40,523 nucleotides of DNA from Proteobacteria bacterium UBA1673 (lineage in GTDB: Bacteria > Pseudomonadota > Gammaproteobacteria > Comchoanobacterales > Comchoanobacteraceae). How positions within the stretch are numbered: position 1 is the first letter of the stretch; each line of letters starts with the position of its first letter. Below, one piece after another: positions 25,503 through 35,200 of this stretch. The stretch lies in the NCBI GenBank assembly GCA_002320385.1, contig DCKN01000037.1, positions 1 through 40,523 of the forward strand, read 5' to 3'. Position numbers and translations under genes: made by a program. Below the pieces are notes generated by a model, which had not been told where the DNA came from, did no database searches, and saw nothing but the letters and a program-made list of their open reading frames with translations.

Positions 25503-26462
25503 TTGTCCACAGCTGGCGCAAAGCAAAAAATCAAACTGCTACCGCATGACCCGGAAAAAATCAAGATATTGTGTGGTGTCTGCGATGAATACCTTACAGC
25601 ATTGGAAAATCATTTTCATGTAAAAATAAATCATCGAGATCATCAGTTCTCGATCATCGGATCAAAGGATGCACAATCTAATACTGCTCGTGCGCTACTT
25701 GAGCTCTATGATATTGTTAAAGAGACACAGCAGCTCTCTATTGAGGAAGTTCATGCGCTTCTATTGCGTATTGGAGAAACCACCGACAGTCAAAGTGCAG
25801 TTTCCAGTCGACAAATTGTATTGGCTGAGCGAAAAATACAATTACAAAATGCCAAGCAGATAGAATATGTTGATGCAATTCAACAGCATACTGTTACATT
25901 TGCATATGGCCCAGCAGGTACCGGAAAAACATTTCTTGCAGTTGCAGCTGCGCTCGAGGCGTTGTATCAACATGAGATAAAAAAAATCATATTAGTTAGA
26001 CCTGCGGTGAATGCCGGAGAAAGCATTGGGTTTTTGCCGGGGGATATCAATGAAAAGTTTAACCCTTATATACAGCCATTTTACGACTCATTACAGACAC
26101 TTATTTCCTATGAAAAAAGCAAAAAACTGCAAAATGAGCACGTAATTGAAATCGCTCCGCTTGCATTCATGCGTGGGCGTACGCTTGCAAATGCGTTTAT
26201 TATTCTCGATGAGGGTCAAAATACAACGATTGAGCAAATGAAAATGATACTCACACGTATTGGTCATAACAGTAAACTTGTTATAACTGGTGATATTAGT
26301 CAAATTGATTTACCAAAACCTCAATTATCAGGTTTGGTGCACGCAAAACGAATATTAACGGATATTCCTGATATTGCTCATCTTAGCTTTAAAAATAATC
26401 ACGTGGTTCGCCATAGACTGATCCAAAAAATCATCACAGCCTATGAAAAGGATAAGCATTGA
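25503..26462 (+). CDS. ybeZ: PhoH-like ATPase (YbeZ).
   Basis: Walker A GPAGTGKTFLAVA, RPAVNAGESIGFLPGD, APLAFMRGRTL, IILDEGQNTT, and VITGDISQIDLP. TTG start with GGAG upstream. Confidence 0.93.
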   Translation: MSTAGAKQKIKLLPHDPEKIKILCGVCDEYLTALENHFHVKINHRDHQFSIIGSKDAQSNTARALLELYDIVKETQQLSIEEVHALLLRIGETTDSQSAVSSRQIVLAERKIQLQNAKQIEYVDAIQQHTVTFAYGPAGTGKTFLAVAAALEALYQHEIKKIILVRPAVNAGESIGFLPGDINEKFNPYIQPFYDSLQTLISYEKSKKLQNEHVIEIAPLAFMRGRTLANAFIILDEGQNTTIEQMKMILTRIGHNSKLVITGDISQIDLPKPQLSGLVHAKRILTDIPDIAHLSFKNNHVVRHRLIQKIITAYEKDKH

Positions 26463-26464
26463 TT

Positions 26465-27295
26465 ATGGGTAAGCAGTCATCATCTTTGTTTAGCGCATGG
26501 TCTAAAGTATTCTCGTGGTTTGAGACACCTAAGACGCCTGACGATCTCAAGGCACTTTGCTCGCGCTTGTATACACAGAAAGTGATTCGTCATGACTTGA
26601 TGACAAAAATTTGTCGATTGATCGACCTTGATCATATTCGTGTCAAGGATATCATGGTATCAAGAGCGAATATGACACTCATTTGTATCGACCAACCTGT
26701 TAGTGAGATCCGTCGACTCGTTGCGGACTCGGGTCACTCAAGATTCCCCGTTTTAGACTCTGATCAACGCAAGGTGATTGGTATTGTTTTTGCTAAAGAT
26801 CTTGTTATCCATCAACAAAAAAAGTCCATTAAGCATTTACTGCGTAAAGCATTTTTCATACCCGAGAGTAAACGTTTGGATAACTTATTAAACGAATTCC
26901 AAAGTAAACATCAGCATATGGCTATCGTCGTTGACGAATACGGTGATCACGCTGGCCTTGTCACCATAGAAGATATCATTGAACAAATTACCGGTGATAT
27001 CGAAGATGAGCATGATCACCAGGATGATACAGATGGGATAAGACGTGTTGATGATTCCCATTTTATTGTGCAAGCGACATTAACTATTGAAGACTTTAAC
27101 GAAACTTTTGGGACGCAATTATCTCGTGAAAATACAGATACCATTGGCGGAATTATTCTAGGTCATTTGGGCTACATACCAGAACAAGGAACACAGCTGT
27201 CCTTGCATGGCATACAAATCAAAATTCATGCAGCCAATGAGAAGCAAATTCTCTCTCTTCTCGTATCTATTGATGGTGTCGCTAAGAAGCCATAA
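26465..27295 (+). CDS. corC: CorC/YbeX-type CBS-domain magnesium/cobalt efflux protein.
   Basis: CBS pair (VKDIMVSRANM... HSRFPV, HMAIVVDEYGDHAGLVTIEDIIEQITGDIEDEHD) plus a C-terminal CorC_HlyC-like domain. Confidence 0.93.
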   Translation: MGKQSSSLFSAWSKVFSWFETPKTPDDLKALCSRLYTQKVIRHDLMTKICRLIDLDHIRVKDIMVSRANMTLICIDQPVSEIRRLVADSGHSRFPVLDSDQRKVIGIVFAKDLVIHQQKKSIKHLLRKAFFIPESKRLDNLLNEFQSKHQHMAIVVDEYGDHAGLVTIEDIIEQITGDIEDEHDHQDDTDGIRRVDDSHFIVQATLTIEDFNETFGTQLSRENTDTIGGIILGHLGYIPEQGTQLSLHGIQIKIHAANEKQILSLLVSIDGVAKKP

Positions 27296-27437
27296 GTTGT
27301 CTTTTTCACCATGACTCTTCAAAATACGCAACGAGGGTTGACCTTACTGCAATACATAATCTTAGCGGGTACGTGCTTCAATGCTTTTTGACCTCATGAC
27401 GATTGGCATTTACAATCTGTAACGTCTCATAAACATT

Positions 27438-27465
27438 TTGATGCGATGATTAAACCTGTTATAAT
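27438..27465 (+). promoter_or_regulatory. Candidate promoter for leuS, TTGATG-N16-TATAAT with a TG extension.
   Basis: TTGATG at 27438-27443 and tgtTATAAT with TATAAT at 27460-27465. Confidence 0.4.
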
Positions 27466-27492
27466 GGCCTCACAGTTCATTTGTTAGGTTTT

Positions 27493-29916
27493 ATGATCGA
27501 CTCTTATCAACCAAAAATAATTGAAAAAGAAGCACAAAAGTACTGGGACACCACACAAGCGTTCAAAATAGACCATCTTGCTGATGCGCCCAGATCAAAA
27601 AACTTCTATTGTTTGAGTATGTTTCCCTATACCAGTGGCAATATTCATATGGGGCATGTGCGTAATTATACAATTGGTGATGTGATGACGCGTATCAAAA
27701 AAATGCAAGGATACAATGTGCTGCAACCAATGGGCTGGGATAGTTTTGGATTACCAGCTGAGAATGCAGCGATTAAGGGCAAACGCCACCCGGCCGAATG
27801 GACTCGAGAGAATATCGCAAGTATGGGACATGAGCTCAAGCAAATTGGTTTTGCCTATGATTGGAACAGAGAGTTTGCGACCTGTGACGAAGATTATTAT
27901 CGATGGCAGCAATGGCTTTTTATACAGATGCTTGAGCGAGGTTTGGTTTATCGAAAGGCATCGATTGTAAATTGGGACCCAGTTGATCAAACCGTTCTGG
28001 CGAACGAGCAAGTTGTTAATGGTCGTGGCTGGCGCTCAAATGCGCTTGTCGAGCAAAAAAATATTCCGCAGTGGTTCTGTAAGATAACTGATTATGCAGA
28101 ACGACTTTCAGATGATCTTGAAAATCTTGATGAATGGCCGGATGCCGTAAAAATCATGCAGAGAAATTGGATCGGAAAGTCGCATGGCGCTAATGTATTT
28201 TTTAAATTAAAATCGCGATCTGATCGTCTTGAGGTTTTTACAACCCGTCCTGATACCCTGTTTGGCGCGACATTTATGGCCATTGCACCTGATCATCCGT
28301 TGGCAATTGCATGCGCAGAAAATGACGAAATAATTCAAGAATTTATCAATACTTGCAAGCAACAATCAACCGCAGAAGCTGATATTGCGACAGCAGAAAA
28401 AAAAGGCGTTTTGACTCCATTGATCGCGATTAACCCCATCAATGGTGAGGAAATCCCAGTGTGGATTGCCAATTATATACTTATGAGCTATGGCACTGGT
28501 GCCATCATGGCGGTACCAGCTGAAGATGAGCGGGATGCTGAGTTTGCTGACAAGTATCAACTTCCTATTGTCACTGTTTATGACCATAACTTAGATAAAC
28601 CAACACTGATTAACGCACAACAGTTTACAGGACTTGATCAAGAAGCAGCAGTGACAAATATCATTCAGGCGCTGGCAGATGCTGGGCATGGTGAGGCGAC
28701 GACGACTTTTCGATTACGTGATTGGGGCATTTCGCGTCAGCGATATTGGGGCGTTCCAATCCCAGTGATCTACTGTGATGACTGTGGCGTTGTTCCTGAA
28801 AAATCTGAGAATCTTCCAGTCCGCTTACCAATTGATATTCAATATGCTTATGGTGAACCGCTGCTGAAAAACTGTGATGACTTCTACCAATGCACATGCC
28901 CTCAATGTGGTAAACTTGCTCGTCGAGAAACCGATACATTTGATACATTTTTTGATTCCTCATGGTATTACCACTATTTCATCAGCCAAGGTCAGGGAGG
29001 CATTACCAGTAAACGAAATGATCAATGGCTTGGCGTTGATTTGTATATCGGCGGTATTGAGCATGCCATTTTACACCTTCTTTATGCACGGTTTATTCAA
29101 AAAGTCCTGAAGGATCTTAACTTATCAAGTGTTGATGAGCCATTTAAACGCTTACTGTCTCAGGGCATGGTTCTTAAAGATGGTGCAAAAATGTCTAAGT
29201 CTAAGGGAAATGTGATTTCACCCAATGATCTTATTGATCAGTATGGCGCCGATACGATTCGCTTATTTATGATTTTTGCCGCCCCACCAACCCAGGATCT
29301 TGATTGGTCAGATGGCGCTGTGGAAGGCTGTTTCCGCTTTTTAAAACGTATATGGACATTTGCGAACGAACATCTTTCTTTATTGCAACCGTCTGTCCCG
29401 TTGGACACCGATTCGTTGACTGCTTTGGACAAACGCATACTGATCGATATGCATAAAGAACTGGCACTTATCAATCGTGACGCCAATGCTATTCATCTTA
29501 ATACTGTTGCTTCAGGTGCGATGAAACTATTCCAGCATTTGACGAAAATTGATGATTTTCAGCGAAATAACGCGCTTATACAACATGGTCTGTCGCTACT
29601 TTTGCGCGTACTCAATCCCATCACGCCACATATCACGCATTATCTATGGGTGCATTGTGGTTTTGGAAAAACTATCGAGACATCTGAGTGGCCAGTGGCT
29701 GAACCGAAGATACTTGCCCTTGAAGATCAGGTCTCGATCGTTGTCCAATTTAACGGTAAAAAGAAAGCTATGATTGCAGCAAAATCAAACGCAACGGAGC
29801 AGGATGTGATCGAAGCGATACAGTCTGATGCATTAGCTAAATCCCAACTTGAGAAACATGCAACGATTAAGAAAACGATATATGTTAAAAACAAGCTCAT
29901 TAATTTTGTTATTTGA
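27493..29916 (+). CDS. leuS: Leucyl-tRNA synthetase.
   Basis: HMGH motif (SGNIHMGHVRNY), KMSKS motif (GAKMSKSKGN), and the zinc-finger-like segment CPQCG. I moved the start to the ATG at 27493. Confidence 0.97.
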   Translation: MIDSYQPKIIEKEAQKYWDTTQAFKIDHLADAPRSKNFYCLSMFPYTSGNIHMGHVRNYTIGDVMTRIKKMQGYNVLQPMGWDSFGLPAENAAIKGKRHPAEWTRENIASMGHELKQIGFAYDWNREFATCDEDYYRWQQWLFIQMLERGLVYRKASIVNWDPVDQTVLANEQVVNGRGWRSNALVEQKNIPQWFCKITDYAERLSDDLENLDEWPDAVKIMQRNWIGKSHGANVFFKLKSRSDRLEVFTTRPDTLFGATFMAIAPDHPLAIACAENDEIIQEFINTCKQQSTAEADIATAEKKGVLTPLIAINPINGEEIPVWIANYILMSYGTGAIMAVPAEDERDAEFADKYQLPIVTVYDHNLDKPTLINAQQFTGLDQEAAVTNIIQALADAGHGEATTTFRLRDWGISRQRYWGVPIPVIYCDDCGVVPEKSENLPVRLPIDIQYAYGEPLLKNCDDFYQCTCPQCGKLARRETDTFDTFFDSSWYYHYFISQGQGGITSKRNDQWLGVDLYIGGIEHAILHLLYARFIQKVLKDLNLSSVDEPFKRLLSQGMVLKDGAKMSKSKGNVISPNDLIDQYGADTIRLFMIFAAPPTQDLDWSDGAVEGCFRFLKRIWTFANEHLSLLQPSVPLDTDSLTALDKRILIDMHKELALINRDANAIHLNTVASGAMKLFQHLTKIDDFQRNNALIQHGLSLLLRVLNPITPHITHYLWVHCGFGKTIETSEWPVAEPKILALEDQVSIVVQFNGKKKAMIAAKSNATEQDVIEAIQSDALAKSQLEKHATIKKTIYVKNKLINFVI

Positions 29917-30174
29917 GGCTGTTCGTTACTTGTCTTAGGTGCCATCGTTTCGAATTATGTCTTTTTGTACCGACAAAGGGAATCTATGCGTTATGTTTTA
30001 TCTGTGGGGTCTGCATGGCGCCTAGCACGATGTTGAACTATTGTGAAGCGTATGACTTGTGAGCGCGTGTCATTTTCGCAGTGTGTTTTTGTCTTCACAG
30101 CGTGGTGCCCAGTCATAAGGGTGATGCGTGACTCAGTCGCTAAGTGTCTATTTTAGGCATAGTCGTGAGACGCT

Positions 30175-31065
30175 TTAATCCACCAGCGCATCATCGTAAA
30201 CGCTTTGCGAGGCAAGTTTTCGGTTATAATTGATCTCTTTCTGATCGTTCTTTTCCTCACTGTGGGATTCATGCTTTCGTTGTGTATTATGTTGCGTTTG
30301 TGAAAACTGATCCAGTGGTACATTTAGCATCTCGAGTACTTCTTCGTCGTAGAAAAACTCTCCGTTGAATCGATCACTGGGCTGAGTGACGATACCGTAT
30401 GCTGCCTCGCTAAACAATTTGACAGACTTTAGATTATTCAGTGTATCTATGTGTGATTGGTAAATTCCAAGATTACCTCCGTCATTAAATGGGGCGACTG
30501 GCCATAATGCGTTACAGGCAATCCCTTTCCATGCTTCGGAGTTTGCGATGCTGATGGTAAGCATGCTACGAAGATATTGGGTTGCTGTGTAGGCAGTTCT
30601 GTATCCCATGACTTTGGGATCAAGATTGATTGGTGGCGCAATATTTAGCACATGAGGGTTGTGCGATTTTCTTAGATATGCTTGACTTGCTCGCATGAGC
30701 ACATAGCTACTTCGTGCATTGATCTTATAAAATAAATCGAGCTTATCCGGTGTTGTATCTTCGTAGCTCATTGCTTGGGAAATCAGTGCCGCGTTGATAC
30801 AGATGTCTATCACACCATCAGCTGAAGCAGCAGCTTTGCTAATCGCATCTTGCACCTGCGCTTCGTCCATGATGTCGGTTGGTATGATACGCACATCACT
30901 GCCCATTTTACGATATTGGGAAAATAATGCCATGATTTTTTCCATATCCACGTTCTTGGCATTTGCAATAATGGCAATGTGGCATTGCTCCTGGGCAAAA
31001 CGCTCAACAATCTCAGCGCCAATGCCATGCAATCCACCTGTTATCACGACAGATAGTTTAGTCAT
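30175..31065 (-). CDS. Short-chain dehydrogenase/reductase (HSDL2-like subgroup) with a low-complexity C-terminal tail.
   Basis: Rossmann motif VITGGLHGIGAEI. NIAPPINLDP...YTATQY...NALWP resembles HSDL2-type SDRs as I remember them. Confidence 0.85.
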   Translation of the reverse strand: MTKLSVVITGGLHGIGAEIVERFAQEQCHIAIIANAKNVDMEKIMALFSQYRKMGSDVRIIPTDIMDEAQVQDAISKAAASADGVIDICINAALISQAMSYEDTTPDKLDLFYKINARSSYVLMRASQAYLRKSHNPHVLNIAPPINLDPKVMGYRTAYTATQYLRSMLTISIANSEAWKGIACNALWPVAPFNDGGNLGIYQSHIDTLNNLKSVKLFSEAAYGIVTQPSDRFNGEFFYDEEVLEMLNVPLDQFSQTQHNTQRKHESHSEEKNDQKEINYNRKLASQSVYDDALVD

Positions 31066-31283
31066 AATATTTTCCTAATCATTATCAACTCTGTTGATTC
31101 TAGCATTAATAATCGTATTTTCAACAAAAATTTTTATCTATGCGCTTTTTCGATCAGCATTTTATGAGCGAACAATTGAAAAATGGTTTGTGTCTCTAGG
31201 CTATCTTAAAATCGAATGATACACGTTGCTCACTCCGTCAGCCCATCTGATCGTTCTTTATAGTATTGTTGGTAACGTCATGA

Positions 31284-32336
31284 CTATCGGGTGCTGTTTG
31301 GTCTTGATGGGAGGCTTCCTTGCTCGGGTTCACGCTTATCATCATGATTTGGATGATCTAAACGTGCTTCATAACTAGTCACTCTATTTTCTAGATCGTT
31401 TTTTACCTTATTTACCCATGAATTTTCTGGTCGATTCTCTTGATCTGGTGATACCTCGTTCACTCTCTGCTGAGCATCCATAGACTTATCAGTTGCTTTT
31501 TTCGACAATCCTATGGTCCTTTTTTCAACAGCTTTTACATTACCATCCCCATCGATCAAATTGTTTTGTAGCGCATTGGCGATTTCATGCCAATTGTGAT
31601 ACTTTAAAGCGAGAACGTCATCACATTGATACACTTGTTTATCATTTATCTTATTCTCTAATGTATCCAGCCCGTACGCATTGAGAAGGTTTCTGATGGG
31701 TGATGGTTCATCTTTTCCCATATTTATAGAATCAATACTGTCGATATATTGACGGACTAATTGGGTTTCAAGATTCTGATTATCATTATTTATCAATTTT
31801 AGCATCATATCTTGATGGTCTCTCAACTTATCATCAAACATCGTCAGATTGTTCTTGAATGTTTCCAACTGTGTGGCACTCATTTTACCCATTTTTAGTT
31901 TTTTTGGATCTTTGAGCTTTAGATAAGGCACTAATAATAATTGCGTATAAAATAGCGCTTTGTAGATCTCTTCACCATTCGAGGGAGTGATATCATCTGA
32001 ATTAAATTTTTCTATGTTCTTACTTTGCCTTTCCAATAGTTCTTGGATACTGATTGTTGGCTCACCTTCAATAATTTCATTGGAAATATCTTCATAATTA
32101 TAGATCACATCCGATAGATCCTGATTGCCGATCATTTTAGTCTCAGCTCCAATATCCGGACTGCACAATATCTCTCTGAAAGGTTCAGGGAGTGCTTTGA
32201 TTTCTTCCTTACCTCTGTAATATGGTTCACCATCTCTTAGAAAAGCCAAAAGCTCTTCTTCTCTTGCGTGGTGGTCTACATAGCTGGCAGCAATGGCGAT
32301 GGCACTTAACAGCGATATGACAAAATAATGTTCCAT
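31284..32336 (-). CDS. Hypothetical protein with an N-terminal hydrophobic anchor or signal and an acidic, coiled-coil-rich body (ORFan).
   Basis: ATG at 32336 gives MEHYFVISLLSAIAIAASY.... The track ORF starts earlier at a TTG. I recognise no family. Confidence 0.55.
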   Translation of the reverse strand: MEHYFVISLLSAIAIAASYVDHHAREEELLAFLRDGEPYYRGKEEIKALPEPFREILCSPDIGAETKMIGNQDLSDVIYNYEDISNEIIEGEPTISIQELLERQSKNIEKFNSDDITPSNGEEIYKALFYTQLLLVPYLKLKDPKKLKMGKMSATQLETFKNNLTMFDDKLRDHQDMMLKLINNDNQNLETQLVRQYIDSIDSINMGKDEPSPIRNLLNAYGLDTLENKINDKQVYQCDDVLALKYHNWHEIANALQNNLIDGDGNVKAVEKRTIGLSKKATDKSMDAQQRVNEVSPDQENRPENSWVNKVKNDLENRVTSYEARLDHPNHDDKREPEQGSLPSRPNSTR

Positions 32337-32637
32337 AGCAGTAACGGTCTTGTATATGGTGTGTATATAGATCAAAAATAATTTTTTGTCACAAATATTA
32401 TTGCGATATATCTCTGTATCAATGAATAAAATTTCACTTATTTACCCGCTATCGTGTCACCACTCTTTTTCCATCTTTAATTCTGGATTGATCGATAAAA
32501 GATACAGTAAAATTTCCTATTTTGTCTTATCTCTATCTGCGGCAATAAATTTCAGTTCTTTTTGATCAAAATCCGTTATTTTCCTGGCGATCAACCATGA
32601 GTTATTGTAACATAAAGTATTTTAAGATAATTGCGTT

Positions 32638-33252
32638 ATGGAAAAGCTTGTTAGTGACATCTTGATTGCCATACCGCTCCTTGTGCTTGCTTACTTAGTT
32701 GGCGGCACGATGAGTGCGATTTGGGTTGCACGATTGTTTGATCTTCCCGACCCAAGAAGTTACGGCTCGATGAATCCCGGCACGACCAATATATCACGCA
32801 GTAATCACAAATTTGCCACTGCTATGACTTTTGTGATGGATATTTTAAAAGGCTCTGTTGCCACTAGCCTAGCATTGGGATTGGGATTTTCTTTACAACT
32901 TGCTTATTTTTGTGGCATGTTTGCTGTTGTCGGTCATTTATTCCCGTTGTTCCACAATTTTTCTGGTGGAAAGGGTGCGGCAACCTATTCTGGTGTCTTA
33001 CTTGCTATCAATGTCTTGTGTGGCGGGGCGTACGGCTTGGTGTGGTTTTCAATTCTGGCTTTATTTAGAAACGCTGGTCTTAGCTCGATACTAGCATCAA
33101 TGATGATCCCATTTGTTTTCCTAATGGTGCCTGAGGTCTCTCACCTATTTTTTGCTGTTGTACTGACCAGTAGCCTCATCATTGCAGTGCACGCGAAAAA
33201 TATTGATCAAATCTCGCAACAACTATTCCGTAAGCCAAACCCAAAGCATTGA
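32638..33252 (+). CDS. plsY: Glycerol-3-phosphate acyltransferase PlsY.
   Basis: GSMNPGTTNISR, DILKG, GHLFPLFHNFSGGKGAAT, and multiple TM helices. Confidence 0.93.
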   Translation: MEKLVSDILIAIPLLVLAYLVGGTMSAIWVARLFDLPDPRSYGSMNPGTTNISRSNHKFATAMTFVMDILKGSVATSLALGLGFSLQLAYFCGMFAVVGHLFPLFHNFSGGKGAATYSGVLLAINVLCGGAYGLVWFSILALFRNAGLSSILASMMIPFVFLMVPEVSHLFFAVVLTSSLIIAVHAKNIDQISQQLFRKPNPKH

Positions 33253-33498
33253 TGGTCTTACTTTTTGCTCTAAAACCATTCAATCATTACTGCGCTGCTT
33301 GAGCAACCACTCCATATATAATTGACTTTTTAAGCTTATTTTATTTCGCTCGTCATTTTACTCAGGGAAATTGCTTATTTGCGTGGTACCTATGTTTTGT
33401 AAGCGATACGTGCGCTCAGACCCTGTCACTCATATGACTTTTTGCTATTCTTGCGTGGTTTTATTTTAATATTAGCGCTAAGGTTGTATCATGATGCA

Positions 33499-34545
33499 TT
33501 ACCATGGATTCAGACTATCGATTGGCCAACGGGGTTGAACTTTCTGCTTAAGCACTTCTGGCTTGCTGAGTTTTGTTAACCGTAAATAGGCATTATGTAC
33601 GATCATACCTGCGTTATCAGTACAATATTGCATACTTGGAAAATACGCACTTTGCTTACGATTTGTCATACACGTCTTGATTTTCTCACGTAGACACCGG
33701 TTGGCCGCCACACCGCCCGCTACAACCAGTGGTATATCAGGATGTTGGTCTAATGCCTGCTCAACGCGTTTGAGCAGTGCATCAACAATTGCTTGTTCGA
33801 TGGCCCAAGCAAAAGCTGCCGGAGAATATTGATTTTTGTGTAGCTGCCACGCTCGGGCGAAGGCTGTTTTTAATCCACTAAAACTAAAATCGAGTGTTTG
33901 TTTACCCTTGAGTGGTTCTGGTAGCTCTGGTACGGGTTCTTGAGGATCAACTGTGGTTGCCTGTTGGGCAATCTCAGGCCCTGCAGGATAATTCAGACCC
34001 ATAATTTTTCCTGACTTATCGAATGCCTCCCCTGCTGCATCATCCATTGTTGAGCCTAAAATGCGATAATGTCCCAGTGACTCAGCGAGTATTAACTCTG
34101 TGTGGCCGCCAGATACCAGCAAGGCAAGAAATGGGAATTGTAATGCCTGATATTCATGCAATGCAATGGTGATATGTGCTTCTAAATGATGTACTGGAAC
34201 AAGCGGCACTTGTAGCGCATAGGCCAGTGCGTCAGCATAGCACGCACCGATCAGTAGCGGTCCAACCAAGCCTGGCCCCCGAGTATAGGCAATGGCATCA
34301 ATATCTTTCAGCGTGCAGTCAGCTTGACTAAGGGCCTGTTCGACCACACCATAGAGTTTTTCAAGGTGCGAACGCGATGCAATCTCTGGCACAACACCAC
34401 CGTATGCTCGATGCAACTCAACCTGAGAATATATTTTTTGTTGAATGGTTTTTGTTTGCGCACAATAGACTGCTGCTGATGTTTCATCGCATGAGGATTC
34501 AATCGCCAGAATTTTATGAAAGTGCCTAGGGTTTGTTGATGCCAT
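33499..34545 (-). CDS. tsaD: tRNA N6-adenosine threonylcarbamoyltransferase TsaD.
   Basis: ILAIESSCDETSAAV, VPVHHLEAH, LLVSGGHTEL, and VVAGGVAANRCLR. I moved the start to the ATG at 34545. Confidence 0.95.
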   Translation of the reverse strand: MASTNPRHFHKILAIESSCDETSAAVYCAQTKTIQQKIYSQVELHRAYGGVVPEIASRSHLEKLYGVVEQALSQADCTLKDIDAIAYTRGPGLVGPLLIGACYADALAYALQVPLVPVHHLEAHITIALHEYQALQFPFLALLVSGGHTELILAESLGHYRILGSTMDDAAGEAFDKSGKIMGLNYPAGPEIAQQATTVDPQEPVPELPEPLKGKQTLDFSFSGLKTAFARAWQLHKNQYSPAAFAWAIEQAIVDALLKRVEQALDQHPDIPLVVAGGVAANRCLREKIKTCMTNRKQSAYFPSMQYCTDNAGMIVHNAYLRLTKLSKPEVLKQKVQPRWPIDSLNPW

Positions 34546-34663
34546 GTTGATCAAGGTTTCGTTTGTAAAAAAATGTGATTACAGCGTGAATTTACGTGCC
34601 CATTTGAGCTCTTTATGCTACAATAATGCTTCATAAAAAGCAATATCGATATTGCCAGCGCAC

Positions 34664-35200
34664 ATGGAGCCAATTCACTCACATGCATCGCTAGGACCAT
34701 TGCGTCCTGAGGACTATGAGGTCTTTTACGAATTATTCACCCATGAAAAGCTGGTACCATTTTTGCCAGAGCAAGCCATACCTAAAAATCTTGCTGATGC
34801 TGTTAAGGAAATGAAATACCTGATGGATAAAGAATGGCAGGGCAATGGCAAGTATTGGGGCATCTATCACAATAATCGCCTGATTGGCACAGCCGGGCTT
34901 CATACCCTGGTGGCGCATGATCAAAGCATTGAGATTTCTTATGAGCTCCACCCTGACTATTGGGGGTACGGGATTGCCACATGTGCTGCGATTTATTGTG
35001 TTGAATATGCACGTATTCACATGCTGAATGTTAAGAAAATACTGGCCTATACCTTAGTTGATAATATCGGCTCTCACCGTGTTGCTGAGAAAGCTGGCTT
35101 CGAGCGTGTTGGCATTCGTCAAAATGACTGCTTCTATCATGGTCAATTGATTGATCGGCTCCTGTACGCAATTACGATTCGACCAGATGACCCATCCTAA
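34664..35200 (+). CDS. GNAT-family N-acetyltransferase (RimJ/RimL-like).
   Basis: YELHPDYWGYGIATCAA is the acetyl-CoA loop and NIGSHRVAEKAGFERVG is the C-terminal GNAT motif. Confidence 0.85.
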   Translation: MEPIHSHASLGPLRPEDYEVFYELFTHEKLVPFLPEQAIPKNLADAVKEMKYLMDKEWQGNGKYWGIYHNNRLIGTAGLHTLVAHDQSIEISYELHPDYWGYGIATCAAIYCVEYARIHMLNVKKILAYTLVDNIGSHRVAEKAGFERVGIRQNDCFYHGQLIDRLLYAITIRPDDPS

